Below are positions 1 to 12,889 of a stretch of DNA of 64,000 bases, piece by piece; within the stretch, counting starts at the first letter, position 1, and every line of letters starts with the position of its first letter. Under the pieces are notes generated by a model. It ran no database searches. It saw nothing but the letters and a program-made list of their open reading frames with translations, and had not been told where the DNA came from. The DNA lies in NCBI RefSeq assembly GCF_018350175.1, contig NC_058383.1, forward strand, positions 13,394,001-13,458,000, in the 5' to 3' direction. The translations under genes were made by a program, and so were the position numbers. The DNA is from Felis catus. Its lineage: Eukaryota.

Positions 1-330
1 GATTCTATCATAAGGGCAGTGAGAAGTGAAGGATTTTAGGCAGGGACTGACTCAAACAGATGTGTTTGTATTTGGAAAAACATCGTTGTGTGTTTTGGAA
101 AATGTTCGGCAGAGTGGTTGGAGAGACCATTTAGGAATTAGAGGCTTTGCAAGAGTACATACAGGTGAGAAATGGTGGCAGTGGAGATAGTAAGAAGTGA
201 ATTAATTTGAGAGTTCTTTGGAAATGCCGTGCACAGGACTTGTGATCAATTGAACTTTAGGAAAAGGGAAGCATCAAGGATGACACCTGGGTTTCTGGCT
301 TGAGCAGTTGTAGAGATGATGGTAATTTTT
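1..330 (-). mobile_element. LINE-2 (L2) fragment
   Basis: Purine-rich antisense L2 signature (ggagagaccatttagga...caaggatgacacctgggtttctggcttgagcagttg); highly diverged. Confidence 0.6.
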
Positions 331-924
331 CATGTTGAAGGTGATAAAATACTTTTTGTATCTATCTCATTATTGCTATCTGAGCCTCAATGTTAGAGGT
401 CAGAAGCTCATAAAATCTGATGGTGGCATTAAAATTCTTTTACGCAGGATAGGGTCCGCTGTAGTTGAAAAGTAGAATTTGGCTTAAAGCATAGACTTTT
501 CCTTCTGTCTTTTGATTGTCATCTGTTGAGAGCTAAACATAGCAACTTGAAGGGTGGTCCATAAAGACTTTGACAGATTAAAAAGCAAATAATTTTAGAA
601 CCCCTGTATTCTAGCTTAGTTGTCTGTGGCACTTCTGTCCTTTAATGTTAGAGTTGTTGTATCCTGGGAGGATCTTTTTGTGTTTTTCCTAACGTTTGAA
701 TGGCTCTGTTCCTAGGTCATTGCAAGTGTTCGGTCCTCCCCATACCTCAGATTGTGGGTAGTCTCCGTCCAGTCCCAGATTTCTAGTGTATACAGATTTC
801 ATCTCACGTGTAAGCCAAGCAGAGTGTTGGAAGGAGAGGTGGTGGATCCTGAAGGGTATAAGACTGACCTGAAGTCTCAGCCCTGTTACTCCTTGGTTAA
901 TGTTTAATTTTAAATAACTCAACC

Positions 925-1369
925 CTGGCAGATGTTTCTGGTGCCCCACCCACACCCCCTTGCCCCTTCCACTTTACCACCATTGGCCCTGTTTCCAGCT
1001 GCCAGCCCCTGGCATTCATACAGGGCTTTCCTGTAGTCATTGAATTCTCCTTTGCTCAGAGGGTAGGCAGGAAGTGAGAGGGAATTGGTTCCAACCTGAG
1101 CTCCCCTCAAGCATGGCTAACGAGAATTGTTGTCTAAATACTCTAGACCCCTTGTCCTGTAAGTGGGATAACTCTGTTTCCAGGGTCGTCCCAGTGGCAT
1201 TAACTTCTAGTTGCCCACAGTGGTAGTTGACTTGGTTTATACACCTTTATTCCCTGCCTACTGTCCTTGTCTTACTTTCTCATCCTCTGCTGCTGTTTGC
1301 TTTTATTTGCCAAATAAACTTCTTACACTTGATTCAGGGTTTGCTTGTGGGGAAGTGCACACTAAGACA
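925..1369 (+). mobile_element. ERVL solo LTR, LTR16-like
   Basis: gggataactctg...ttgcccacagtggta...ccaaataaacttcttacact...tcagggtttgcttgtgggga...ctaagaca resembles the LTR16 3' half, with AATAAA and a terminal CA. Confidence 0.65.
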
Positions 1370-3329
1370 ATCCCTGTGAGCTTTGATTTCCTCATCTTTA
1401 GAATGATTGTGTTTGATCAGTTGGTCACTTCCCATTCAACATCACCTCTGTGATTCTTTCTGGTTCGTATCACTTGCTACTTGCACCTATCAGTTCACAT
1501 AAATTGTGTGTGTACCTTTGTTGTTGTTGTTCAGATTAGTCTGTTAGTGTAAGACTCTTAACTGTCTTAGAGTTGCAGGTGGTGCGAGAAAGCTCTCAAG
1601 TACAAAGGCAACTGTGTGGATCAGATACACCCAGGACCTGGGCTTCACAAACAGGCTTGGGACAACGTGTGTGGCTTTAAAGCGCAGTGCCTTCTGCTTC
1701 CTGAGACAGGGAACCTGGCCTGGTTTTTTTCGACGTATGTAGAATTCTCCTCTATATTCTTTGGTGGCACATTCTCCCATGTATTGTATTAGTGTTGGTG
1801 CTCCGTTTGTGTCCTGTCTCATCCATCTTGCTGGTTAACTTAAGATGCAGTTCACTGTATTAAAAAAAAATGTTTTCTTGGTGTTGATAGTACTTTTTAG
1901 CCATGTGTTTTCAATTACGTTTCTGTGAGGTATCTTTGATATTTGATAGGCTCCTTGTTTCTTTTTGGCCACCACTACTATTTAGATTAATTATTCTGAA
2001 GTTTTACTTGTCACGCTTCAGTGTTTGTTAGCAAGGTAAATGTTCTGTTCACATTCTAGAATAAAACCACAGAGAAAACACGTTGGTCCAGGATATCGGT
2101 TTGCAGTCTTCTATCTTTGTTTCTGTCTTCTTAGCATTCACAGATGTCCCTATTATTCTTTTCACTGGTGCTCCCACTGCATAGGGTCTTCCACTATATG
2201 CAGTCACACCCAGGGTGGGTGCTGGGAGGTAAAGGAATGCGGCTGAGACCCACTGGTTAGAAGAAATCTAAGGCTTACAATAGAGCCCACTTACTGAAGA
2301 GAGGCCAGGAAAAATGAACTGAGAACTTCAATAGGCAGTTACAGTGTGGTAGGTACGGCCGAGTGGCACCCTACCTCATTTCCATGGTCTTTTCTTAACT
2401 GCAAAGACTAGAAGGTGAAGCCCTTATTGCCTAGATTCCCTTGCAGCTAGAATTCTGAATGTGAATTCGTTCCAGGTGCTCAAGATTTGGAAGGTAGAAA
2501 TGAAGTAGAGACCGCTCATCTTTGGCTTCAGCTGTTTTTAGTTTAGCTGACAAGCCAGGTTCCAGAGAAGTGATGTTCCAGCATCCCGGTCCAGGTTGTG
2601 AAAGGGCAGGTGTGGTGTGACTTCTTGATCCTGGATTGTAGTTTTGCATATTCCTAAACTCGGATGTTTGTGGCACAGGAAAGGCCATCCTTCAGCCCTG
2701 TCCGGTGATCTTTGTAAGCCGCTGGTTCTCTGTGCTCAGCCTCTTCCTGTCGAAAAATTTTCAAGTGGTTTCTGTTTTCTGACCTGAACCCTAACCAGTA
2801 TAGATGAGTTGAAGCAAACTGTGGGCTTTGAAGGTCTAGACTCAGAGAAAAGTGAGATACGAGGAAGCGGCAGCAGCGTGGTCGGCGAGCCTGCAGGTAC
2901 ACACCGTGCTCCCGGATTCGCCGTCCACTAGACAGCAAGGCGAGTGCTCACCAAGTTCCGGAACAGCGAATGCTCTGCAGGTTCTGTGTCTCAGAACCTC
3001 TCCTAGCTCCTCGGCATATTCCTCTGGCTAGGGTGGCAGGGAGGTGGTTCTCTGTTGAGTACCACATCGTTCCTGATTCAGTGCTTTGAAACAGGTACCA
3101 TTTTACTTTTCCTCCCACCTCAGAAATAAGGTGAACTGTGGAAAAGTAAAATGATTTGCCCAATCTTTGGCCAAAGGAGAAAGAAAGGATTTAGAGCCCA
3201 CCGCTTCTGACTTCCCTGTAGTGCAGTAAAAAACCAACAATGAGGCCCTGATTTGCTGGGGCACAGGGAGATGGCAGAAGGTGCGTAAGCCATGGTCCCT
3301 GCCCTCGGTCCGCGGTTGGCCACTGAGGC

Positions 3330-3550
3330 ACACATTCCCACTTCCTGTGTTCCATTCATTATGTTAATTTCCTCCAAGCTCCGGCTCCACCTCCACAAAT
3401 TATTTTTGTTTCAACCTTCTAATTACAACATTATATGACCATTCAGACTGGTACTAATTAAATCATTACTTAATTCACAAAGTGTGCGATAATGCTAATG
3501 CCTCTTGTCAGCTGAAATTGTAACATGGCACCTACTTTCTTCAATCTCAG
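3330..3550. promoter_or_regulatory. Putative conserved non-coding element (enhancer-like)
   Basis: Repeat-free, AT-rich, many TAAT/ATTA cores (ctaattaaatcattacttaatt) and TGTCA; conservation inferred, not measured. Confidence 0.35.
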
Positions 3551-3884
3551 TAGATAGGGGGTGGGGAGTTTGTGCCTCTACCAAACAATTTTTGCTTACT
3601 CTCTGATGGCTTGCTGACCGTCATCTAGATCCTACGCTTTTCCAAAAACGGAAAAACAATGTAGTAGTAGACTTAACAATGTGTACATGCAGTTCATAAC
3701 TGTCATTTAAAATTATGATCTTGACTTCTCTGTAGAGAAAGTCTTGATAGTGAAGAAAAAAAAATCAGTGTTAAGATTTAGAGTACTATTCGCTGCCATA
3801 TTTTCTTGTCATTTGTTCTTCATATTATTTTTAAAAGAGTAAAACAGTAGCTTGTCTCTTTTTCTCATATTTAAAACAGATTTG

Positions 3885-4480
3885 TTTTCCGCTCAATTAG
3901 ACTTGTGATCACAAGAACACAAAGTAGTATTTTTCTCCTTCTGGAGAGAGACATACCGTGTGACGGGCAAATTGTCAGGAATAATTATACCAAATGATGG
4001 AATAAAATCCAATGGAAACATCTCTCTCCTTGCTAGTGATACATTTTTATTTAAGACACAATGAGCATCAAGCAAATTTATGACAAGGTGAAATTGACAA
4101 GTGGCCCTCCGCCATGATTTTATTTTTAATTGCTAGTAAACTAATTAGCCAGAACAACATGTTGTATAATCCACAAAACTGTCGCTCATGCATTCTCCAA
4201 TAAAAGGGAGATATATGATGTGGAAAAGTTCTCCTTTAAGAGATAGACCTCCCCCTCCCCAAAAAAATAGTTTGAGAAATGTAATTGTAAGGAATCACAG
4301 AGTAGAAGGCTTCCTTTCACCCATGGACCAGCATGTATATGTAACAATTGCTTTGGGATTTGAATAGAAATTAAGAAAGACAAATGGGTTAACTTTTTTC
4401 CCTCTTTCAAGACCAAATTATGCATCAGAATAGCAACCACTTCCTTAAATAGAATTACGTTTCATTTGGTTGAGTCATTT
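3885..4480. promoter_or_regulatory. Putative conserved non-coding element (enhancer-like)
   Basis: Repeat-free; TGACA at 4081 and 4095, palindromic CTAATTAG at 4141-4148, TTTATGA. Confidence 0.4.
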
Positions 4481-4515
4481 CTAAGACTAACACTCAATCA
4501 GTAATTTCTGTAGGA

Positions 4516-4821
4516 CGAGGGTGAGTGAACATGGTCTATAAAGGGACCAATAGTAAATGTTTTAGGCTTTGTGGGCCATACAGTCTTTGTCACAGCTATT
4601 CAACTTTGATGTTGTAGTACAACAGCAGTCACAGCACATGAACAAGAGCATCAGTGTTCAATAAAACTATTATGGGCACAAAAAATTGAATTTGATACAA
4701 TTTTCAGTTATCACAAAATATCATTCTTTTGGACTATATTTCAACCATTTAGCTCTGGGCTGTACAAAGACTGGTGATGGGTCAGATTTGGCCCACAGGC
4801 TGCAGCATATGCTGCTTTCTG
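4516..4821 (+). mobile_element. hAT-Charlie MITE, MER58B-like
   Basis: atagtaaatgttttaggctttgtgggccatacagtctttgtcacagctattcaact...aataaaact...agatttggcccacaggctg; length about 300 bp. Confidence 0.8.
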
Positions 4822-4839
4822 GGTGGAGTCACTAGTTAT

Positions 4840-5000
4840 TTCTTTAGTCTCTGCTGTGTGCCAGGCAGGGTGCTAAGTAAGCACAGTGGGATATTCAGAG
4901 ATAATGAGAGCAGAGTCTCTGCCCTGAAGAAGCTTACAGTTGGACTGGAAAGGACGTATAAGCAGGACTGAGAGACACACTATTAGATGTCACATGGTAA
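4840..5000 (-). mobile_element. L2 3' fragment
   Basis: ctgtgtgccaggcagggtgctaag...gtctctgccctgaagaagcttacagt. Confidence 0.55.
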
Positions 5001-5287
5001 ATGTCACTCTGACAAAAGCCACCATACCTTTACAAGTTTGGAAGAGAAACAGGACTTCAGCTAACAAAGACACTCTGCTGAGACCTGACCTAGTTAAGTA
5101 AGGATGCGTCAAAATGGGATTTCAGCTGGACGGTAAATAATAAGGCTGTGGACCTTTAGAAGATCAAGGGCACAGTGCCTTCTTTTATTGGGGGGCAGAG
5201 GGACATGCGACAAGGGATGGCGAAAACATCAACCATGAGTCAGTGATTCTTACTGTTTTGTTCCCTCATTCATTCCTTCATTTCATC

Positions 5288-6035
5288 TCATGAAAATTTC
5301 AAACATATAGCAAAGTTTTAAGGAATTTTACATTTAATACCAAATACCAATCACCTAGATTCTACCATTAACATTTTGCTTCATTTGATGTATCATGTGT
5401 CCTTCTGTCTATGCATTTTGTTTTTGATTTATTCCAGAGTGAATTTCAGATGTTAGGGTATTTTCTCATAAATAGTTAAGCACGCATATCATTAACTAGG
5501 ATTTAATCTTGGTTTGTGGTTTTTTGTTTTGGTATAAAAGTTACGTACCATGGGAGTGCCTGAGTGGCTCAGTCGGTTAAGTGTCCGACTCTTGATTTCA
5601 GCTTGGGTCATCATCTGGCGGTTCGTGGATTCAAGCCCCATGTCAGGCCCCACACTGGCAGTGCAGAGCCTGGGATTCTCTCCCTCTCCCTCTCTCTCTG
5701 CCCCTTCCCCACTCACAATTTTTCTCTCTCTCAAAATAAATAGACATTTTTTTTAAAAAGTTGCATACAGTGAAGTGTACCAACATGAAATGTGCATTGT
5801 CTGAAATTTGACAAGGTTTATCTCTAGGAAACTTAAATCCCTATCAAGATCTATAATGTTCCCATCACCCCAAAAAGTCCCTTCCGAGTAAGTCCTTGAC
5901 CTCACCTCACCTCTAGAGGAATAACTGTTCTGATTTCTTCTGCCGTAGATGAGTTTCGCCTATTATGGAATTTCACATGCATGGAATCATACAGAACCGA
6001 TCATTTGGTTTGGGCCTTTCATCATTACATATTTA
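5288..6035 (-). mobile_element. Ancient L1 3' UTR (L1ME2-like), interrupted by a SINE
   Basis: aaaatttcaaacatatagcaaagtt...cacctagattctaccattaacatttt...ccctatcaagat...ccatcaccccaaaaagtccc. Confidence 0.7.
5552..5755 (+). mobile_element. CanSINE (SINEC)
   Basis: tRNA-derived head (gggagtgcctgagtggctcagtcggttaag), (CT)n, aaaataaat tail. Confidence 0.9.
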
Positions 6036-6234
6036 GTCTCTACTTGCTTGGTTGTAGCATTCTTGGAAGTGGAAGGATCTAAAGGAAGTTACTTTCCCAA
6101 GAGGAAAGTAAACTCGAGCGCAAAGTAATGTTCTAGTAATGAAGCAACAATTTCGTTCAATTTCATATATGTTATCTTTAATTATTGTACAAGTAAGTGA
6201 CCTGTGGATTAAATTTTTCACATTAACATTTCTT

Positions 6235-6466
6235 TTTTTTTTTTCCACGTTTTTTTATTTTTTATTTTTTTTTTTATTTTTGGGACAGAGAGAGACAGAG
6301 CATGAACGGGGGAGGGGCAGAGAGAGAGGGAGACACAGAATCGGAAACAGCCTCCAGGCTCTGAGCCATCAGCCCAGACCCCGACGCGGGGCTCGAACTC
6401 ACGGACCGCGAGATCGTGACCTGGCTGAAGTCGGACGCTTAACCGACTGCGCCACCCAGGCGCCCC
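6235..6466 (-). mobile_element. Young felid CanSINE (SINEC_Fc type)
   Basis: Near-consensus with CpGs intact; perfect 17-bp TSD tcacattaacatttctt at 6218-6234 and 6467-6483. Confidence 0.97.
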
Positions 6467-6484
6467 TCACATTAACATTTCTTA

Positions 6485-6605
6485 AATGTCTGTTATGTCC
6501 AGCATTTTCCATATTTCATGTTACTTAATTAGTCTTTGCAATAGTTTTTATCTTATTTTACAGAAGAGGAGGCTGAGGCAGGGGATTGAAGTAGCTCAAT
6601 CACAT
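6485..6605 (-). mobile_element. MIR fragment
   Basis: Core attttacagaagaggaggctgaggca. Confidence 0.55.
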
Positions 6606-8759
6606 TATTTCTTACCTTTTCCTCTTGCCACTTCAGATGCCAGTTAGGAACTGGGGGGTAGCATAGGTAGGGATGGGTGTGTGGTGAATGATCTTGGAGC
6701 TGCTTTCTTATCAAGAAACAGGTAGATTGCGAACGTGCAGGTGTTCGCTAGGGAGATGCAAAATTTGTGTTTTGTTTTTTTGTTTTGTTTTGTTTTTGTA
6801 AAGGAGGGAAGAGAAGTAGAAAATCCAAGGGCTACATTTACCATTTATGATTAAAATGTGGACTTCTTTTCCTGTAGTATAGCATAAAATGTTAGAATTT
6901 GGGACTGAAGGATGACCCTATCTTCTTTAGTGGAAGGCTGTAACTGGAGCCTTATATATACTTAAGGATCTCAAGATACCTTATGAGCATCAAATCCTTA
7001 AGCCACTTAATTCCACTGCAATTTGGGGAAATTAGTCTATGAATTTTGCAGTTCAAGATTCTGCTTTTAAAAACCCCTCCCCCCCCCCCATTTTTGGAAC
7101 AAGTTAAATATAGTACATATCAAGAGGAGAACTGGCTTTTATTGTTCAGGGTAGAATGTTTCTGTTTGTCTTCAGACCAGCTTATAAAATATTCGAATGT
7201 TCTTTGCTGTGCTTTATGGTAATATTTCTTTGACTAAAAATTTGCATTATCATTATTTTTCACAGTTAACTTATCTTCCTTATTTAACATTGAACTTCAT
7301 ATGCATTTGTGATACATATGGACAAAGTTAGGCACCATTTAATGTCATTTGAGAAGCAGTTTATAATCCTTGTACTGGGTCTTTTACACAGGCTTGGTCT
7401 TCATTGGTAATTGAAAGCGTGCTGCTTCTCATTAGTTTAAAAAAGCTTATTTAAGGATGTAAAGCTTCGATTATAAACAACTTCTGTATTCAGTCTTGGA
7501 TTTAAGGGAGAGTGTCTCCTCCTTTTAAAATAAATATTATTGAGCAATTAATAAAGGCCAGAACAGTTTTGTATCAAATCAGTGTTTCCTTTTGGGTTTA
7601 CTATGTCCAGATGCAAGTGAAAGACATCACTTAGTTCTGTTTGTTTGTTTGTTTGTTTTAAGTATCTTAGTTTACTTCTTTTCCTCATTTTCCTCAGAAC
7701 AGTTTTTAAAAATCAATTTAGGAAATCTCCTCCAGAGTGCTAGACTAGCACAATTTCAGAGCAGTTACGTTTCCTGAAAAGTTTATGTAGAAGTGTCGTG
7801 TCCAGTGTTTGCTTTCTTTTCTAGCATTCTGGATGGGTGGTCATCCAGCCTAAAGGAGAACTGAAGCCATCCCATGTCCCCGAAGCTTTCTTACATAATC
7901 CATTCTGGTACTTCAGATGTTGAAGAGCCTGTGACGGTCTAAGAAGCAGCTGCCAGTGGAGTTTAGGGCTTGCGAGTGCTTGGAGAGATGTTGGTCCGTT
8001 ATCATTGTGCACAGGTTTAAATGTAGTTGTTGGTTTACTAATTAGTAACGTGATTTCGTAGCAAAACAAAAACAACGCCTCAAAAAGCATTGATTACCAC
8101 ACAGGGTATTAATTTAAGGAAATTATGGCATTTGAAAAATTATTTGATAAAAATGATTGTGTTATGAACTTTTTCTGTTCTTTTTTTCTCAAGTTAACGC
8201 CAACATAAAATGGCTGTGTTCATGTGATTTCTTTTCTCAATTTGGTTCGGGACTTGTATAGCTCCCAGTGGTAGATTTTGCAGTTGTATTGCATGATTAA
8301 AGTGTCCATCAAAACCTTACAGTTGGTAAACAGTATTAAAAATCCATCTCTAGCTTCTATAAACTATACAGAGGGCTATGAATGCTAGAAGAAATGGAAA
8401 TATTTTAATTAACTCAAGTAGGACTAATCAAAGCAAAGCATCCAGTTTATTCAATTGAACATGTAAATGTCTATTCATCCATGACATGGCTGAACATTTA
8501 TGTCATCTATTAAAAGCTATTCTGTTGCTTGTATGAGTATAAGCTATTGTTCAACACGGAACTGAATCCCGCAGAGGCTTGCCCACCCCTTTGAAAAATT
8601 ACATGTCATAAATTATTTCCTTACCAGCTTTTCTTTTGCATTCAGTTCACTTCAAATAACCCAACTTCGTTCACGAAGGAATGCAGACGTGGATAACTTG
8701 GCTTAGTCACCTTGCTGTCACCTCTTTCCTTCCAAGGAATTTTACCTTCTTCCTTTCCT

Positions 8760-8940
8760 CATAACAAGGCTCGGTAAATGCTTATTATGCACTGGGTACT
8801 GTTCTAAGCATGTTTTATGCATGGAATCCCTCAGTCCTTGCAACAGCATCCTTTTCCGCATTGTACGCGTGAAGACAGGTATGCTGAATGTTGCGTGGTG
8901 CTGTAGGTGGTACAAGTCGGAAGGGAACACACGTCTCAGA
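8760..8940 (-). mobile_element. MIR fragment
   Basis: aatgcttattatgcactgggtactgttctaagcatgtttta. Confidence 0.55.
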
Positions 8941-9242
8941 ATATCCATTGTGTCAAAATGAACTTAAATTGTGGCAAAGCTGATTGCCATTAGGTTCCAG
9001 GAAGAAATTCCTAGAGTGAATAGATGCTTCAAGAAGACTCTTAAGGGAGTAAGCTAAAAGGAATTGGGATAAAAGGTGGCTTCCTGGGATTTTTATCACC
9101 ATTAAGACATCTCAAAAGAGTGTGTATAAAAATCCCATTTTTGTGTGTGAATTAGTGGCATTCTTGTCTTGAGGCGGGAAGTTAACTAGATGGCCGTTTT
9201 CCAGTCATTTTATTCATGCACTAATAAAACAAACAAAAAACT

Positions 9243-9348
9243 TGCGATGAACATAACAGAGAAGTTAAATTACTATGTTGTGCACCTGAAACTAATGTTA
9301 ATATTTTGTGTCAACTCTATTCAAATAAAAAATATAAATTAAATAAAA
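9243..9348 (+). mobile_element. Short L1 3' end (carnivore L1_Carn/L1MA9-like)
   Basis: actatgttgtgcacctgaaactaatgttaata...gtgtcaactcta...aataaaa with A-rich tail. Confidence 0.7.
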
Positions 9349-10012
9349 GGTCATTCATCAAAAAAGTGCCTTTATTGAATTATAATGTCTATGCCATAAA
9401 ATCTACCCATGTTAAGTGTATAATTAAATGAGTTTTAATAAATTTACAGAGCTGTATAACCATCCCCATTATCCGGTATTAGAACATTTGCATCTCCCCC
9501 AACCCCGTCCTCATTCTCTAGTTTCTTAAGATGGAAGCTTCTGTTCTCAGTTTGATCTTCTTTTCTTGCGCAAGTGTTGATAGCACCACTTTAGCTGAAG
9601 CCCATAAATTTTGATATATTGTGTTTTTATTTTCATTCGACCTAAAATATTCCTAAATTTCCTATGTGATATCTTCTCTGGCCCATGGGATATTTAGAAG
9701 TGTGTTGATTTGTCTCAAAATATTTGTAGACTTCCCAAATTTTCTTTTGTTTAGAAACACAGAAAATATATATAGAAATATCGAATTTTAGTTCTGATTT
9801 TTCTGGCTAGCTCTTTTTCCGTATTTAGAATGGACATTGAAGTCTCCAGCTAGTATTGTTGGATTGTTTATTTTTCTCTTCACTTCTGTCAGTTTTTGCT
9901 CCATGTATTTTGGGGTTTTGTTGTTAGGTGTGTATACGTGTACAGTCGTTAAATCTCTTGATGCGTTCTTCTATCATTGTAAAATGTCCCTCTTTGTCTC
10001 TAGTAATAATTT

Positions 10013-10225
10013 ATTTTTTTATTTTAAACATTTGTTTATTTTTGAGAGAGGGAGAGACAGAGCGTGAGTGGGCAGGGGCAAAGAGAGAGGGAGACAGAAT
10101 CCAAAGCAGGCTCCAGACTCTGAGCTGTCAGCACAGAGCCCGACACAGGGCTTGAACCTATGAGCCATGAGATCATGACCGGAGCCCAAGCTGGATGCTT
10201 AACAACAGAGCCACCCAGGCATCCC
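10013..10225 (-). mobile_element. CanSINE (feliform SINEC_Fc2-like)
   Basis: Full body; TSD tctagtaa(t/c)aattt. Confidence 0.93.
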
Positions 10226-10399
10226 TCTAGTAACAATTTTAATTTAAACTCTGTTTTGTTTGATAGTATACTCTCTTCATCTTCTTTATGTTTATTGTTT
10301 GCTTTGTATTTTTAACCATTTTTCTTTCAATTTATATTTGTATTTGAATCTAAAGTGTGCTTCTCATAAACAGCATATGCTTAGATTTATAAAAAAAAA

Positions 10400-10534
10400 T
10401 TTTAAGTTTTATTTATTCAAGTAATTCATTCAAGTAATTTATTCAAGTAATCTCTACACCCAGTGTGGGGCTCAAACTCACAACCCCGAGATCAAGAGTT
10501 GGATGCTTCTCCAACTGAGCCAGCCAGGCACCCC
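10400..10534 (-). mobile_element. Short CanSINE variant lacking the (CT)n tract
   Basis: agtaatctctacacccagtgtggggctcaaactcacaaccccgagatcaagagt...gagccagccaggcacccc. Confidence 0.85.
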
Positions 10535-10955
10535 ATACTTGGATTTTTTTTCCCATCCAGTCTAACAATCTCTTCCTTTCATTGAGTTTTTAATCCATTC
10601 ATATTTAATGTTATCATTGATATTGTTGGATTTATGTCTCCATTTTGATATTTGCCTCATTTTGTTTTTTTTCGCCTGTTCTTTGCTGCCTATTATGTAG
10701 TAAATAGATGTTTTTTAGTGTATCACTTTAATTTCTTTGGTTTTGCCCTATATCTATCGTAATTTTCAAAATAGTTGCTCTAGAGTTGAAAGTGTATATC
10801 GTACCTTCATACAATCTATTTCAGTTTAACACTAACTTAATTGCAGTAACATTTACAAACTTTACCTCAACATAGGTCCATGTCACCCTCCTTTGTGCTG
10901 TTATTACCATATATATTACATCCATATATCTTACAAGCCCAACAATACAGTGTTT

Positions 10956-11155
10956 TTTTAAATGTTTATTTATTTATTTTGAGAGAGACTGAGTGCTAGT
11001 AGGGGAGGGGCAGAGAGAGGAGGGAGAGAATCCCAAGCAGACTCTGCATCATCAGTGCAGAGCCTGATGCAGGGCTTGAACTCACGAACCGTGAAATCAT
11101 GACCTGAGCCAAAATCAAATTGGACACTTAACTGACTGAGCTACCTGGGCACCCC
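10956..11155 (-). mobile_element. CanSINE
   Basis: Full body; TSD atacagtgttt. Confidence 0.92.
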
Positions 11156-12889
11156 AGTATACAGTGTTTGAATTATTTTTTCTGGCAACCTCTTTCAAAG
11201 AAGTTAAGAAAAGATAAAAATATATTTATGAATTTAAAATATATATATGTAAGCATATATACTATTTCCATTGCTCTTCATTTCTTTATATGTGTTTGAG
11301 CCTTTACCTGCTATAATTTGTTTAGTCCACTGTAGCTCTGTTATCTCCCTCCTTCCTTTGTCCTGCTGCTGTTGCTACTACTACTATTATTATTATATGT
11401 TTATATACTATATATAGTATTATATGTATATATACATATACATGATATATGGCTTATGATACAATTTTATAATTACTCTTTTATGCAGTTGTCTTCTAAA
11501 TGATCTCAGAGAAGAAAAGACAAAACTTATGCTTAGTCTCTGATACTTACCTACGTAATTAACTTTACCCATGTCCTTTATTGCTTCGTGAGGATTAGAG
11601 TTACTGACTGTTGTCATTTCCTTTCATCCTTGTGAACTTTGTTCCTTTTTATAATTTCTCTCTCTTTATTGGTATTCTCTGTATGATGAATCATGACATC
11701 GTACTTTACCTAAATGTTTTGTAAGAGTCTTTGAACATATTTAGATAGCTGCTTTGAAGTTCTTATCTGCTGCATCCAACATCTGGGCCTCCTCAGAGAT
11801 AGTTTCCATTAACTGCTTTTTTTCTTGTGTCTAGGTCCATTTTTAATTTTTGTAATATGTCTCATAACTTTCAGCTGAAGATTATACATTTTAGATAATA
11901 TATTGTAGCAGCTCTGTGGTGGTTATTCCTGGTTTTATTTGTATTTTTAGTTTCTTATGTGTACTACTTTCTGTACAGCATGTTTCCTCCATACTGTGTG
12001 ACCACTGATGTCTCTATGTTGTCCTCCTGCACTGCCCACTCCTCATCCCCATTAAAGTCTACCTTCCTAGAAATCATCTAGGGTCAAATAGCTTTGTGCT
12101 TAGCAGAAGACTGGTCTGAGTTTGTTTGAGCACTTTGAGCTCAATTCTTTGAGCCACTGAATCACAAAGTCTTTTATCTTTTTCTGATGGATCCATGTAC
12201 AGTTTGGAAAATGAATCACAGTTCAGCCAATTTACAGATCTGCCTTAAATTCTACCTTCTGTGTTTGTAAGGTCTCCTGCTCAGCAGGAATAAGTAGTTT
12301 GCTACAACTTTCTCCAGTCACTCCTGAGTATGTGCATCATTTTCCACACCATCAGACAGAAGTAGGATCTTATCAAGGCTCTCTTTCATTCCATGGGTCT
12401 CCCTATTAATTTTCCAGCTGGCCTGCCAGTTTGTTCCTTGCTTTAATTAGGAATGATTTCAGGAGAGCTGCAATGTTGTCCTTCCCTGATTATTTGCTGA
12501 GATCACTAGTGGGGTTTTTTTTTTCTTTTTTTTTTAACACCCTGGGCATAGAATATTCCATGTTTTTCTCCAAATAAAATCAGTCCTGAAGCAGCAGAAC
12601 CTTGACCCCACAGCTTGCCTACCTGACAGTACTTCCACCCCATTGGGACAGGGTGGGGCATGGGGGTAGCACCAGGCTAAAGCGTACACAATCCCACTGT
12701 TTTAACTAAGGCTCAGTAACTTTATTGAATGAACACTTCTCAATTTGTTACATTTCAATTTTATGTCAACTTAAAATGTCCTTAGAGGTTGTTTTTGACA
12801 GTTTTGTCCAGTTTTGTTGTTTCTTTTTGTGATGATGAGGGTTTGACAGGCTCCTCACTCAGCCATTCCAGAAATTCTGCTCTCTTGAG

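Larger units (their letters stand above)
9365..12880 (-). mobile_element. Ancient L1M composite (3' end, ORF2/ORF1 remnants, 5' region) with nested SINEs
   Basis: T-rich antisense L1 motifs, e.g. ctttagctgaagcccataaattttgatatattgtgttttt and ttgaagtctccagctagtattgttggattg; 5'-end-like ctcctcactcagccattccagaa. Confidence 0.7.

Noticed and set aside
6400..6466. tRNA-like A/B box sequences
   Set aside because: They are tRNA-derived SINE heads with no complete cloverleaf.
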